Shown here: positions 9,930 to 20,127 of the stretch, one piece after another
Numbering within the stretch: position 1 is the first letter of the stretch
Layout: each line of letters starts with the position of its first letter
Assembly: GCA_050741735.1 (NCBI GenBank)
Contig: JBOIFZ010000099.1
Coordinates: 1-46,637, forward strand
Source of the DNA: Burkholderiales bacterium
GTDB taxonomy: Bacteria; Pseudomonadota; Gammaproteobacteria; Burkholderiales; JACQAP01
Direction of reading: 5' to 3'
Length of the DNA stretch: 46,637 nt
Notes under the pieces: model-generated
The model's input: only the letters and a program-made list of their open reading frames with translations
The model's database searches: none
Told to the model about the DNA's origin: nothing
Position numbers and translations under genes: made by a program

Positions 9930-11095
9930 ACGGCGTCCTGGGCCAAGTGGCGGACCGGCCGGCGCCGATCGCCGAACTCGACTACGCAGTCGTCAACCTG
10001 GCAGCGCTACTGCTCGGAATCGGATTGGTAATGGTGTATTCCTCGTCCATCGCCATTGCCGAGGCAGGCCACTATACCGGCAACCAGCCGGCGTACTTCC
10101 TCATTCGCCACAGCGTATTCGTTTTCGTCGGGGTGATGGCCGGCTTCATCTGCTTCCAGTTCCCGATGCGCCTTTGGCAGCAGGCCGCACCCTACGTGTT
10201 CGTGCTCGGCGTGCTGCTGCTGTTGGTGGTGTTGATCCCCGGCGTCGGCAAGGAGGTCAACGGCAGCCAGCGCTGGCTCTCGCTGGGGATGTTCAACCTG
10301 CAGCCCTCTGAACAGATGAAACTGCTTGTGTTGTTGTACGCCGCCGATTACACGGTGCGCAAGGCGGCGTTGATGCACAGTTTCCGCAAGGGGTTCCTAC
10401 CGATGCTGACGGTGATGTTGCTGGTGGGAGGACTGTTGCTGCGGGAACCGGATTTCGGCGCATTCGTGGTCATCACGGTGATCGCGATGGGTGTCCTGTT
10501 CCTGGGGGGGATGAACTGGAAGCTGTTCGCCGCCCTGATCACGCTGCTGATCATCGGCTTCTTGCTGCTGATCTGGTCTTCGCCTTACCGCCTCCAGCGC
10601 GTCGTGGGATTCATGGATCCTTGGTCTGACCCGTTCGGCAAAGGCTATCAATTGTCGCACGCGCTCATCGCCTTTGGTCGCGGCGAGTGGTTCGGCGTGG
10701 GCCTGGGCGCCAGCGTCGAGAAACTGTTCTACCTGCCGGAAGCGCATACCGACTTTCTGCTGGCGGTGATCGCCGAAGAGCTGGGACTTGCGGGGGTCAT
10801 TGCGGTGATCGCGCTGTTTGCGTGGCTGACCTGGCGCGCCTTTGCGATCGGCAATCAGGCGGCGCGGCTGGAGCGCTACTTCTCGGCGCTGGTGGCGCAG
10901 GGTGTGGGACTGTGGATCGGCGCACAGGCGGCCATCAACATGGGCGTGAATATGGGCGTGTTGCCGACCAAGGGGCTCACCTTGCCGCTGCTCTCGTTCG
11001 GCGGCAGCGGCATCGTCGCCAACTGCTGCGCGCTGGCGATCCTGCTCAGAGTCGATTACGAGAACCGCCAGATGATGAAAGGCCTGTCTTTGTGA
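9926..11095 (+). CDS. ftsW: Peptidoglycan glycosyltransferase / cell division protein FtsW (SEDS)
   Basis: ATG 9926 overlaps the murD stop (ATGA). A polytopic SEDS protein with [16 protein letters not shown] and [12 protein letters not shown]. The ORF-track extension to 9437 lies inside murD. Confidence 0.93.
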   Translation: MNGVLGQVADRPAPIAELDYAVVNLAALLLGIGLVMVYSSSIAIAEAGHYTGNQPAYFLIRHSVFVFVGVMAGFICFQFPMRLWQQAAPYVFVLGVLLLLVVLIPGVGKEVNGSQRWLSLGMFNLQPSEQMKLLVLLYAADYTVRKAALMHSFRKGFLPMLTVMLLVGGLLLREPDFGAFVVITVIAMGVLFLGGMNWKLFAALITLLIIGFLLLIWSSPYRLQRVVGFMDPWSDPFGKGYQLSHALIAFGRGEWFGVGLGASVEKLFYLPEAHTDFLLAVIAEELGLAGVIAVIALFAWLTWRAFAIGNQAARLERYFSALVAQGVGLWIGAQAAINMGVNMGVLPTKGLTLPLLSFGGSGIVANCCALAILLRVDYENRQMMKGLSL

Positions 11096-12177
11096 ACGGG
11101 GTGCGCGACTCAGTCGCCACGCGCACCATCCTCGTGATGGCTGGCGGGACCGGCGGCCACATCTACCCGGCTCTTGCGGTGGCCGACTACCTGCGCGACC
11201 GCGGCTGGAAAGTGGTCTGGCTTGGCGCGCGCAGCGGAATGGAAGCCACGTTGGTGCCGAAGCACGGTTATGCGGTCGAGTGGATCCGCTTTTCCGGTCT
11301 GCGCGGCAAAGGCATCGTGCGTCTGGCGCTGCTGCCATTTAATCTCCTGATCGCGTTCTGGCAAAGCGCCCGCGCCATCTTCCGGGTGCGTCCCGACGTG
11401 GTGCTGGGCATGGGCGGTTATATCGCCTTTCCGGGCGGAATGATTGCTGCGTTTCTCGACCGGCCGCTGGTACTGCACGAGCAGAACTCGATCGCCGGAC
11501 TTGCGAACAAGGTGCTGGCGCAGGTTGCAGACCGCATCCTGGTCGCGTTTCCGGGAGTGCTGAAGAAGTCCGAGTGGACGGGCAATCCTGTGCGTCGCGA
11601 AATCGCCGAATTGCCGGCGCCCGAGCAGCGATTCCGCGACCGCGGTGGCAATCTCAAAGTGCTTGTGGTGGGCGGCAGCCTCGGTGCGCAGATATTGAAT
11701 GACACAGTGCCGCGGGCGCTGGCGCTGATACCCGAGAACTGCCGGCCCGACGTCACGCATCAGGCCGGCGAGAAACACATCGCCGCGCTCGAGAAGAACT
11801 ATCGCGATGCCGGCGTGAACGCAACCGCGCTTGCTTTCATCCACGACATGGCGGGCGCCTACGCCGATGCCGACGTGGTCATCTGCCGCGCAGGCGCCTT
11901 GACGGTGGCGGAACTCGCTGCCGCGGGCGTGGCCTGCGTACTGGTGCCGCTCCCGCACGCGGTGGATGACCACCAGACCCACAACGCCCGTTTCCTGTCC
12001 GACAAGTCGGCGGCGGTGCTGCTGCCGCAGAACGAACTGACGCCACGCAAGCTCGCAGATCTGCTGCTCGGCTTTACTCGCGAAAGACTGCTCGAGATGG
12101 CAAGGCTGGCGCGTTCGCTCGGCAAACCGGACGCCACTCGTGTGGTCGCCGAGCATTGCATGGCCGCCGCGGGATGA
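11092..12177 (+). CDS. murG: UDP-GlcNAc:lipid I GlcNAc transferase MurG
   Basis: GTG 11092 overlaps the ftsW stop (GTGA). The G-loop [16 protein letters not shown] appears within 20 residues of this start. Confidence 0.92.
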   Translation: MNGVRDSVATRTILVMAGGTGGHIYPALAVADYLRDRGWKVVWLGARSGMEATLVPKHGYAVEWIRFSGLRGKGIVRLALLPFNLLIAFWQSARAIFRVRPDVVLGMGGYIAFPGGMIAAFLDRPLVLHEQNSIAGLANKVLAQVADRILVAFPGVLKKSEWTGNPVRREIAELPAPEQRFRDRGGNLKVLVVGGSLGAQILNDTVPRALALIPENCRPDVTHQAGEKHIAALEKNYRDAGVNATALAFIHDMAGAYADADVVICRAGALTVAELAAAGVACVLVPLPHAVDDHQTHNARFLSDKSAAVLLPQNELTPRKLADLLLGFTRERLLEMARLARSLGKPDATRVVAEHCMAAAG

Positions 12178-13598
12178 AACATAAGGTCAAACACGTGCAC
12201 TTCGTCGGCATCGGCGGCGCCGGGATGAGCGGCATCGCCGAGGTGATGCTCAACCTGGGTTTCGAGGTGAGCGGTTCCGACATCGCCGACAGCGCCGCGA
12301 CGCAGAGGCTCAAGGCACTGGGCGCAAAAGTGCACATCGGCCACGCCGATGCCAATGTCAGCGGCGCAAACGCGGTCGTCACTTCCACCGCCGTCAAGCC
12401 GGACAACCCGGAAGTGGCGGCCGCGCGCGCGAGGCGCATTCCGGTAGTGCCGCGCGCGATGATGCTGGCGGAATTGATGCGGCTCAAGCAGGGCATCGCG
12501 GTTGCGGGCACACATGGAAAGACCACGACCACCAGCCTGATCGCGAGCGTGCTCGCCGAGGCGGATATGGATCCGACTTTCGTGATCGGCGGCCGACTCG
12601 AAGCGGCCGGTTCCCACGCCAAGCTCGGCAGCGGCGAGTTCATCGTGGTGGAGGCCGACGAGTCGGACGCTTCATTTCTCTACCTGCAGCCGGTGCTGGC
12701 AGTGGTCACCAATATCGACGCGGACCACATGGAGACCTACGGACATGATTTCGGAAAGCTGCGCCAGGCCTTCCTCGAATTCATCGAACACGTGCCCTTT
12801 TACGGGATGGCGGTGCTGTGCATCGACGACGCCAACGTCCGCAGCCTGACGCCGCTCATCACACGGCCGGTCACCACCTACGGCCTGACCGACGGCGCGC
12901 AGATTCGCGCGGTGGACGTGGAGGCGGCGGCGTGGCAGATGCGGTTTCGCGTGGTGCGCAAAATCGGTTTCAACGGACACGCGCAGGCGGCACCCGATCT
13001 GAGAATCACGCTCAACCTGCCGGGCCTGCACAACGTGCAGAACGCGCTCGCCGCGATCGCGGTGGGCATGGAAATTGGTGCACCCGACGCCGCGATCGTC
13101 AAGGCGCTGGCGGAGTTTCGCGGCGTCGGGCGGCGCTTCCAGCGTTACGGCGACGTGGCGCTGCGCAAAGGCGGCAGCTTCACTCTGATCGACGATTACG
13201 GGCATCACCCGGTGGAGATGGCGGCGACCGTCGCCGCAGCCCGCGGCGCTTTTCCCGGCCGGCGCCTGTTGCTGGCATTTCAGCCGCATCGCTACACCAG
13301 GACGCGTGACTGCTTCGAAGACTTCGTGAAAGTGCTGTCTTCGGTGGACGCGCTGCTGCTTACCGAGGTGTATCCGGCCGGCGAGGCGCCGATCGTTGCC
13401 GCAGACGGCCGGGCGCTGGCGCGCGCAGTGCGCGTCGCCGGAAAGGTCGAACCGGTGTTCGTCGAACACGTGATCGAGCTGGGGGCAGCAATCCTGGCGT
13501 CTGTCCAACCCGGGGACGTGGTGATCACGATGGGCGCCGGCTCGATAGGCGGCGTGCCAGGAAAAGTGGCAAGGATGATCCCCTCCGGGGACAAGTGA
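12174..13598 (+). CDS. murC: UDP-MurNAc:L-alanine ligase MurC
   Basis: ATG 12174 overlaps the murG stop (ATGA). Motifs [24 protein letters not shown] and [10 protein letters not shown]. Confidence 0.95.
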   Translation: MKHKVKHVHFVGIGGAGMSGIAEVMLNLGFEVSGSDIADSAATQRLKALGAKVHIGHADANVSGANAVVTSTAVKPDNPEVAAARARRIPVVPRAMMLAELMRLKQGIAVAGTHGKTTTTSLIASVLAEADMDPTFVIGGRLEAAGSHAKLGSGEFIVVEADESDASFLYLQPVLAVVTNIDADHMETYGHDFGKLRQAFLEFIEHVPFYGMAVLCIDDANVRSLTPLITRPVTTYGLTDGAQIRAVDVEAAAWQMRFRVVRKIGFNGHAQAAPDLRITLNLPGLHNVQNALAAIAVGMEIGAPDAAIVKALAEFRGVGRRFQRYGDVALRKGGSFTLIDDYGHHPVEMAATVAAARGAFPGRRLLLAFQPHRYTRTRDCFEDFVKVLSSVDALLLTEVYPAGEAPIVAADGRALARAVRVAGKVEPVFVEHVIELGAAILASVQPGDVVITMGAGSIGGVPGKVARMIPSGDK

Positions 13599-13622
13599 GG
13601 ATGAGGGATGAAAGCTGAAGGA
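13595..13622 (+). repeat. Purine-rich ~7-nt tandem repeat at the murC stop (gtgagga tgaggga tgaaagc tgaagga)
   Basis: Read directly. TGA at 13596, 13602, 13609 and 13616 covers all three frames. The first TGA is the murC stop. Confidence 0.7.
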
Positions 13623-13651
13623 AATGCCGACTGCCGCCCTTGCTGACAGAT

Positions 13652-14596
13652 ATGGATATGTCTGAGCAGGTGCAATCAGGGACACCCGTGCTTCGCGGCG
13701 AACTGCGGCGCGATGAGCCGATGTGCCGGCACACCAGCTGGCGCGCCGGCGGGACCGCGGATCGCGCCTACCTGCCCGCCGATCTTGATGACTTGTGCGT
13801 GTTCCTCCGTGGCTTGCCGCACACGGAGCCGGTTTTCTTCGCCGGTCTGGGCAGCAACCTGCTGGTGCGGGACGGCGGCATCCGCGGCACGGTGGTATTC
13901 ACGCATGCAGTGCTACGGCGATTCTTCCTCGACGAGGAGGCCGGCGCGGCGGAGATCTACGCGGAGGCCGGCGTGGCCTGTCCGAAAGTGGCCCGCTTCG
14001 CGGCCGTCCACAACCTCGAAGGCGCCGAGTTTCTCGCCGGCATACCCGGCACCGTCGGCGGAGCGCTGGCGATGAATGCGGGATGTTACGGGGCGGAGAC
14101 CTGGGATGCGGTGGCGCGGGTGCGCACGGTCGATCTCAGCGGACGATTGCAGATCCGATCGCCGGGCGAATACTCCATTGGCTACCGCCGCGTCATTCCG
14201 GTGCAGGCACAGGACGAGTTCTTCGTCGCCGCCTGGTTCCGCTTCCGTTACGGCGACGGTGGCCGCGCCCGCCAGACGATCAAGGATTTTCTGTCGCGCC
14301 GCATCGCCAGCCAGCCGCTGAATGAACCCAACGCGGGCTCGGTATTCCGCAATCCGCCCGGTGATCACGCCGCGCGGCTGATCGAATCTTGCGGGCTCAA
14401 GGGAAAGCGCATCGGCGCGGCCGAGGTGTCACTCAAGCACGCCAACTTCATCGTCAACCAGGGCGATGCCACCGCGAAGGATATCGAAGAACTGATCACC
14501 CTGGTGCAGGAAACCGTGAAGCACAGAACCGGCGTCGAACTCGAGCGCGAAGTGCAGATAGTCGGTGAGGCGAGAGGCGAGAGGCGAGAGGCGTGA
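13652..14596 (+). CDS. murB: UDP-N-acetylenolpyruvoylglucosamine reductase MurB
   Basis: FAD-binding MurB motifs are visible ([29 protein letters not shown]). The start is ambiguous: TTG 13640, ATG 13652 or ATG 13658. The last 9 codons are encoded by a heptamer repeat. Confidence 0.9.
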   Translation: MDMSEQVQSGTPVLRGELRRDEPMCRHTSWRAGGTADRAYLPADLDDLCVFLRGLPHTEPVFFAGLGSNLLVRDGGIRGTVVFTHAVLRRFFLDEEAGAAEIYAEAGVACPKVARFAAVHNLEGAEFLAGIPGTVGGALAMNAGCYGAETWDAVARVRTVDLSGRLQIRSPGEYSIGYRRVIPVQAQDEFFVAAWFRFRYGDGGRARQTIKDFLSRRIASQPLNEPNAGSVFRNPPGDHAARLIESCGLKGKRIGAAEVSLKHANFIVNQGDATAKDIEELITLVQETVKHRTGVELEREVQIVGEARGERREA

Positions 14597-14601
14597 AGGT
14601 A
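14567..14601 (+). repeat. Heptanucleotide tandem repeat gaggcga x3 + gaggcgt + gaaggta, spanning the murB stop
   Basis: Units start at 14567, 14574, 14581, 14588 and 14595. The first three units are perfect copies. They encode the murB tail EARGERREA*. Confidence 0.8.
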
Positions 14602-14654
14602 AAGAGTCTCGGAAAGGTGGCCGTATTGATGGGTGGGTGCGCCGGAGCGCGGAG
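14593..14654 (+). pseudogene. Orphaned ancestral 5' end of ddl (GTG overlapping the murB stop, about 15 Ddl-like codons, then disrupted)
   Basis: It encodes [15 protein letters not shown], compared with the real Ddl N-terminus [13 protein letters not shown]. 14609-14633 is identical (25/25) to 14898-14922. Similarity continues to about 14654 with two 1-nt indels. Confidence 0.7.
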
Positions 14655-14666
14655 CAGGGATCGCCG

Positions 14667-14838
14667 TAGAGCGGAAGAGGGGCCCCGAACGTTTTCTGTT
14701 CGGGGATCTGACCTCGGAGGCGATCGAGGGCGGCGGGCGATCCCTTTGCGTCTGATCTCAGGTCGCATCCTCAACTTGAAGTTGGGGCCCGTGCTCCGCC
14801 TCGACAGCCGCCCCGCTTGCGGGGATGCGACCGTGCAG
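14667..14838. repeat. Cluster of three REP-like palindromic units (fwd 14667-14719, rev 14761-14800, fwd ~14805-14838)
   Basis: Each unit has the form G.GGA..AGGG.CCCC-hairpin loop-GGGGAT..GACC. The same units occur at 34435-34553. The 28-nt string gccccgcttgcggggatgcgaccgtgca (14810-14837) is the exact reverse complement of 34515-34542. Confidence 0.75.
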
Positions 14839-14887
14839 GCGCGCGTTGCGGCTGCCCAGGTGACGCGGTTCATGGAGTTGCTATTCG

Positions 14888-15799
14888 ATGAGTGAGTTCG
14901 GAAAGGTGGCCGTATTGATGGGCGGCCGCTCCGCCGAGCGGGAGATTTCTCTCATGAGCGGGAACGCCGTGCTTGCCGCGCTCAAGCGCAAGGGCATGGA
15001 CGCGCATGCCTTCGACACCCGCGACCGCGATCTGCACGAGCTGCGCAGCCAGGGAGTCGACCGCGTGTTCATCGCACTGCATGGACGCTACGGCGAAGAC
15101 GGCACGGTCCAGGGCGCGCTCGAGCTGATGGGCATCCCGTACACCGGCAGCGGCGTAATGGCGAGCAGCCTGGCAATGGACAAGTGGCGCACCAAACTGG
15201 TCTGGATCGCCGCCGGAATCTCTACGCCGCGTTTCGTGATGCTGGAGGCGGGTTCCGACTTCAAGGCGGTGGCGAATGATCTTGGGCTGCCGCTGATCGT
15301 GAAGCCTTCGCGCGAGGGCTCGACCATCGGCTTGACCAAGGTCACCCGCGACCAGGACGTGGAAGCGGCATACCAAAAGGCGGCGGAGCACGACGACATG
15401 GTGTTGGCCGAGGAATTCATCGCGGGCGTGGAAGTTACGGCCTCGATTCTGGGAGAGCAGGCGTTGCCGCTGATCCGCATCGAAGCGCCGGGCGGCAGCT
15501 ACGACTACCAGGCGAAGTATTTCTCCGACGAGACCCGCTACTTCTGCCCGTCCGGATTGCCACCTGCGCTGGAGAGCCGCATTCAGGCGCTCGCCCTCAA
15601 AGCATCCCGCATCCTCGGCTGCCGAGGCTGGGGGAGGGTGGACGTGATGCTCAACGCCAAAGGTGAGCCTTACCTGCTGGAGGCGAACACGGTGCCGGGA
15701 ATGACCGGCCACAGCTTGGTGCCGATGGCGGCAAAGGTGGCGGGCATCCCGTTCGACGATCTGGTCGTGCGAATTCTGGAGGCCGCACATGTGGGATAA
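14888..15799 (+). CDS. ddl: D-alanine--D-alanine ligase
   Basis: 303 aa. [25 protein letters not shown] is a classic Ddl N-terminus, followed by an ATP-grasp body. GGAG at 14873-14876 serves as RBS. Confidence 0.93.
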   Translation: MSEFGKVAVLMGGRSAEREISLMSGNAVLAALKRKGMDAHAFDTRDRDLHELRSQGVDRVFIALHGRYGEDGTVQGALELMGIPYTGSGVMASSLAMDKWRTKLVWIAAGISTPRFVMLEAGSDFKAVANDLGLPLIVKPSREGSTIGLTKVTRDQDVEAAYQKAAEHDDMVLAEEFIAGVEVTASILGEQALPLIRIEAPGGSYDYQAKYFSDETRYFCPSGLPPALESRIQALALKASRILGCRGWGRVDVMLNAKGEPYLLEANTVPGMTGHSLVPMAAKVAGIPFDDLVVRILEAAHVG

Positions 15800-16508
15800 C
15801 GCGACCGCGCTGAACCGGACAGCCGGATTGCTCTATGGCGCAGCCGCGCTGCTGATCGCTTACGGCTGCATCCACTACGTGGTGCATCTGCCGGTGTTCC
15901 CCTTGCGCGAAATCCGAGTCATCGGCGACGTGGGTCACGTGACCAACGAACAGGTCGCGGCGGTGATAGCGCGCGAACTGCGGGGCAATTTCTTCACCGT
16001 CGACCTGGCACACGCGCGCGAAGCGTTCGAGAAGCTGCCTTGGGTGCGCAGGGTCAACGTGCGCAGGCAATGGCCGGATCGACTGGAGGTCGCGGTGGAA
16101 GAGCACCAGCCGCTGGCGCGCTGGGGTTCGACCGCGCTGGTGAACGCGCACGGCGAGGTGTTCGAAGCCGCGATCAGCAGCACGTTGCCGGTATTTTTCG
16201 GACCAGATGGCACGGCCGTAGAAGTCGTGGCGCGCTACGTCGAGTTCGATCGTTTGCTCGCGCCGATCGGCAGGAACGTGGTGCTGATCACGCTTTCCGC
16301 GCGGCGTGCGTGGCAACTGCATCTGGACGACGGAATGGTACTGCAGCTCGGACGCGAAAACCTGGAAGCGCGGCTCGCGGGCTTCGTATCGGCATACCGG
16401 CGCACCGTGGCACGGTTGCCGCAGCCGCCTTCGCACGTGGACCTGCGCTACAGCAATGGATTTGCCGTGCGCACCCAGGAACTGAAATGGGACGCCAGGA
16501 AAACCTGA
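15789..16508 (+). CDS. ftsQ: Cell division protein FtsQ
   Basis: 239 aa. One TM helix followed by a POTRA-like region (LREIRVIG...VDL...PWV). It overlaps the ddl 3' end by 11 nt. Confidence 0.88.
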   Translation: MWDNATALNRTAGLLYGAAALLIAYGCIHYVVHLPVFPLREIRVIGDVGHVTNEQVAAVIARELRGNFFTVDLAHAREAFEKLPWVRRVNVRRQWPDRLEVAVEEHQPLARWGSTALVNAHGEVFEAAISSTLPVFFGPDGTAVEVVARYVEFDRLLAPIGRNVVLITLSARRAWQLHLDDGMVLQLGRENLEARLAGFVSAYRRTVARLPQPPSHVDLRYSNGFAVRTQELKWDARKT

Positions 16509-16529
16509 TGAAACGGTGATACGAGACCA

Positions 16530-17774
16530 ATGGCATTGAGCGGAAGAAAGGAAAGCAAGAATCTGATCGTGGGGCTGGACATCGGCACCTCGAAGATCGC
16601 CGCCATCGTCGCGGAGATGAAGCCGGAAGGCGGCTTCGAGGTGATCGGCATGGGAAGCTCGCCCTCGCGCGGCCTGAAGAAGGGCGTGGTGGTGAACATC
16701 GAGTCCACCGTCAACGCGATTCAGCGCGCGCTGGAGGAGGCGGAACTGATGGCGGATTGCAAGATACGCGAGGTCTGGACCGGCATTGCAGGCAGCCACA
16801 TCCGCAGTTTCAACTCCCACGGCATGGTGGCGATCAAGGACCGCGAGGTTGCGCAGGCGGATGTGGACCGCGTGGTGGAGACCGCAAAGGCGATCCCGAT
16901 ACCGACCGATCAGCAGATCCTGCACGTGCTCAACCAGGAATTCGTGATCGATGGCCAGGAGGACGTGCGCGAGCCGCTGGGCATGAGCGGCGTGCGGCTG
17001 GAGGTGAAGGTGCACATCGTCACCGGTGCGGTCTCGGCGGCGCAGAACATCATGAAATGCGTGCGCCGCTGCGGGCTCGAGGTCAACGACCTGATCTTGC
17101 AACCGCTCGCGTCGGCGACGGCGGTGTTGTCCGAGGACGAGCGCGATCTGGGCGTGTGTCTGGTGGACATCGGCGGCGGCACCTCAGACATCGCGGTATT
17201 TACCCAGGGTGCGATCCGCCACACCGCGGTGATCCCGATCGCGGGTGACCAGATCACCAACGACATCGCGATGGCGCTGCGCACCCCCACCAAGGAGGCC
17301 GAGGAGATCAAGCGCCGCTACGGCTGCGCACTGAGAGAACTCGCGGATGCGCAGGAGATGGTGGAAGTACCCGGCGTGGGCGACCGGGAACCCAGGAAGA
17401 TGTCGCGGCAGACCTTGGCCGAGGTGATCGAGCCGCGGGTGGAGGAACTGTACTCGCTGGTGCAGGCGGAACTGCGCCGGAGCGGCTTCGAGGAACTGCT
17501 CTCTTCGGGAATCGTGATCACCGGCGGAAGCAGTTCGATGCAGGGCATGGTGGAACTGGGAGAAGAGGTGTTTCACATGCCGGTGCGGCTGGGGCTGCCG
17601 GGCTACTCCGGTGGTCTGTCGGAAGTGATTCGCGATCCGCGCTACTCGACCGGCGTGGGTTTGCTGATGGCTGGGCTAAGCCAGCACCAGCGCCATCAGA
17701 TAGAGAAGATGCAGAGCGGCTCGTTCAAGCAGATTTTCGGGCGCATGAAGAAATGGTTCGAGACCAATTTTTGA
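16530..17774 (+). CDS. ftsA: Cell division protein FtsA
   Basis: 414 aa actin-like ATPase. Motifs LIVGLDIGTSKI and VDIGGGTSDIAVF. Confidence 0.96.
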   Translation: MALSGRKESKNLIVGLDIGTSKIAAIVAEMKPEGGFEVIGMGSSPSRGLKKGVVVNIESTVNAIQRALEEAELMADCKIREVWTGIAGSHIRSFNSHGMVAIKDREVAQADVDRVVETAKAIPIPTDQQILHVLNQEFVIDGQEDVREPLGMSGVRLEVKVHIVTGAVSAAQNIMKCVRRCGLEVNDLILQPLASATAVLSEDERDLGVCLVDIGGGTSDIAVFTQGAIRHTAVIPIAGDQITNDIAMALRTPTKEAEEIKRRYGCALRELADAQEMVEVPGVGDREPRKMSRQTLAEVIEPRVEELYSLVQAELRRSGFEELLSSGIVITGGSSSMQGMVELGEEVFHMPVRLGLPGYSGGLSEVIRDPRYSTGVGLLMAGLSQHQRHQIEKMQSGSFKQIFGRMKKWFETNF

Positions 17775-17839
17775 AAGACAGGATTCAAGGGGAGAGTTTG
17801 GATTCGATGTTTCATGATCATTCACAGAGGAGATGAGAA

Positions 17840-18997
17840 ATGTTTGAAATCGTGGATACGCAACCCCAGGAAGCGTTGATCAAGGTGGTGGGCGTGGGCG
17901 GCTGCGGCGGCAACGCGGTCGACCACATGATCAATGAAGGCGTGGAAGGCGTGGAGTTCATCTGCGCCAATACTGATGCGCAGGCGCTCAAGCGCAACAA
18001 GGCGAAGACCCTTCTGCAACTCGGGCCGAATGTGACCAAGGGTCTGGGCGCCGGCGCCAATCCCGACATCGGCCGCGAGGCGGCAATGGAAGACCGCGAA
18101 CGCATTATCGAGCTGATCGAGGGTGCCGACATGCTGTTCCTCACCGCCGGCATGGGAGGCGGCACCGGTACCGGTGCGGCGCCCATCGTGGCTGAAGCGG
18201 CGCGCGAACTCGGCATTCTTACGGTCGCGGTGGTCACCAAGCCCTTCGCATTCGAAGGCAAGCGCCAGAAGATTGCGCAGCAGGGGCTGGACGAGCTGTG
18301 CCGGCACGTCGATTCGCTCATCGTGATCCCCAACGACAAACTGATGCAGGTTTTGGGCGAGGACGTCAGCATGCTGGATGCGTTCAAGGCAGCGAACACG
18401 GTATTGCACGGCGCGGTGGCCGGCATTGCCGAGGTGATCAAGTGCCCGGGCCTGGTGAATGTAGATTTCGCCGACGTTCGCACTGTCATGTCCGAAATGG
18501 GCATGGCGATGATGGGTTCGGCGATGGCCGCGGGTGCGGACCGCGCGCACTGCGCCGCGGAGCAGGCGGTGGCGAGCCCGCTGCTTGAGGACGTGAATCT
18601 CGCGGGTGCACGCGGCGTGCTGGTGAACATTACCGCCGGCACTTCCCTGAAAATGAAGGAAGTGCACGAAGTGATGAACACCATCAAGGGTTTCACCGCC
18701 GAGGATGCCACGGTTATCGTCGGTACCGTGATCGACGAAGGCATGAATGACCGGCTGCGCGTCACCATGGTGGCGACCGGCCTGGGCGGGGCCGCTGCGG
18801 TCAACCGTCATCACCAGAAGCCGTTGACGGTGGTGAAAACCGGTACCAATGCGGGCCCGTTGGCGGTGAACTATGGGGAGCTCGAGGCCCCGGCGGTGAT
18901 GCGCCGGCGTTCGCGCGACGCGGCGGTGGAGGCGATGAAGCAATCGGGTGTGGACATGCTCGACATCCCGGCGTTTCTGCGCAAACAGGCCGACTAG
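17840..18997 (+). CDS. ftsZ: Cell division GTPase FtsZ
   Basis: 385 aa. Tubulin signature GGGTGTGAAP and conserved C-terminal peptide DIPAFLRKQAD. RBS gaggag. Confidence 0.98.
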   Translation: MFEIVDTQPQEALIKVVGVGGCGGNAVDHMINEGVEGVEFICANTDAQALKRNKAKTLLQLGPNVTKGLGAGANPDIGREAAMEDRERIIELIEGADMLFLTAGMGGGTGTGAAPIVAEAARELGILTVAVVTKPFAFEGKRQKIAQQGLDELCRHVDSLIVIPNDKLMQVLGEDVSMLDAFKAANTVLHGAVAGIAEVIKCPGLVNVDFADVRTVMSEMGMAMMGSAMAAGADRAHCAAEQAVASPLLEDVNLAGARGVLVNITAGTSLKMKEVHEVMNTIKGFTAEDATVIVGTVIDEGMNDRLRVTMVATGLGGAAAVNRHHQKPLTVVKTGTNAGPLAVNYGELEAPAVMRRRSRDAAVEAMKQSGVDMLDIPAFLRKQAD

Positions 18998-19142
18998 AGT
19001 CCGGCTTGTATGAAGCTCTTTTGCAAAGCAGCAATCGAAACTGCCACAGTGGTACTTCGAGCGATGCTATGGTAATCTAATCAACCGTTTATATTTGACA
19101 ACAGGCGATGGCCCACAAGTCCGCGCCGCGAGAAGCATCGAA

Positions 19143-20054
19143 ATGATCAAGCAACGCACGCTGAAAAACATGGTTCGCGCCACCGGGGTCGGCCTGCACA
19201 CCGGTGAAAAGGTCTACCTTACGCTACGCCCCGCTGCTGCCAACACCGGTATCGTGTTCCGGCGCGTGGACCTCGAGCAGGTGGTGGACATCAAGGCCGA
19301 TCCTTACGCCGTGGGGGACACCCGCCTGTCGTCCTGCCTGGAGCGGGACGGAGCCCGGGTCCAAACCGTCGAGCACCTGATGTCGGCGCTCGCGGGCCTG
19401 GGGATCGACAACGTATATGTCGATCTGAGCGCCGGCGAAGTGCCGATCATGGACGGCTCCGCGTCTCCGTTCGTGTTCCTGTTGCAGTCAGCGGGGATCG
19501 ACGAACAGGCCGTCGCCAAGAAATTCATCCGCATCAAGAAGCCGGTCGAATTGAAGCAGGGCGACAAATGGGTCCGGTTCGAGCCTTACAACGGTTTCCG
19601 GGTCGATTTCAGCATCGATTTCAAACACCCGGTGTTCGCCAGTTCCAACAAGCGCGTGGTCGTGGACTTCGAACACACCTCTTATATCAAGGAAGTCAGC
19701 CGGGCCCGGACTTTCGGATTCATGCAGGACGTCGAGAACATGCGCGCGCAGGGGCTAGCCCTGGGTGGCAGCCTCGACAACGCCATCGTCATGGACGAAT
19801 ACCGGGTGCTGAACGCGGATGGCCTGCGCTACGAGGACGAATTCGTCAAACACAAGGCTCTGGACGCGATCGGCGACCTCTACCTGCTGGGACATCCGCT
19901 GATCGGGGCCTACTCGGCCTACAAGTCCGGCCATGCGCTGAACAACGGGCTACTGCGCCGGCTGATGGAAGATGCCACGGCGTGGGAGTTCGTCAGCTTC
20001 CTCAGGCCCGAAGAGGCCCCCGCTTTCCTGAGGCTGCAGATCCAGGCTGCCTGA
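19143..20054 (+). CDS. lpxC: UDP-3-O-acyl-GlcNAc deacetylase LpxC
   Basis: The internal ATG 19143 gives [24 protein letters not shown], the canonical LpxC start. The ORF-track extension to 19095 is unlikely. Confidence 0.94.
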   Translation: MIKQRTLKNMVRATGVGLHTGEKVYLTLRPAAANTGIVFRRVDLEQVVDIKADPYAVGDTRLSSCLERDGARVQTVEHLMSALAGLGIDNVYVDLSAGEVPIMDGSASPFVFLLQSAGIDEQAVAKKFIRIKKPVELKQGDKWVRFEPYNGFRVDFSIDFKHPVFASSNKRVVVDFEHTSYIKEVSRARTFGFMQDVENMRAQGLALGGSLDNAIVMDEYRVLNADGLRYEDEFVKHKALDAIGDLYLLGHPLIGAYSAYKSGHALNNGLLRRLMEDATAWEFVSFLRPEEAPAFLRLQIQAA

Positions 20055-20127
20055 TTCGGCGGCCGACCTGTCGATCCGGTTAGTTTTCTTGGCCGCACCG
20101 CCGCGGGCCACCGGACAACCGAATACC

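Noticed and set aside
10490-10501. 12-mer gtgtcctgttcc inside ftsW matches the terminal repeat of the 34352 element.
   Set aside because: It lies within a conserved coding segment (GVLFLGG), has no flanking similarity, and is compatible with chance.
14809-14837. ccccgcttgcggggatgcgacc resembles a type I-E CRISPR repeat core (CCCCGC..GCGGGGAT).
   Set aside because: There is no array of regularly spaced identical repeats and no cas genes in the window. The copies occur in alternating orientation, as REP units do.
14593-14895. 100-aa ORF between murB and ddl, considered as a real protein or as an alternative long Ddl N-terminus.
   Set aside because: Only its first ~15 codons resemble Ddl. The rest reads through palindromic repeat units. 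It is in a different frame from ddl and stops at 14893-14895, so no fusion is possible.
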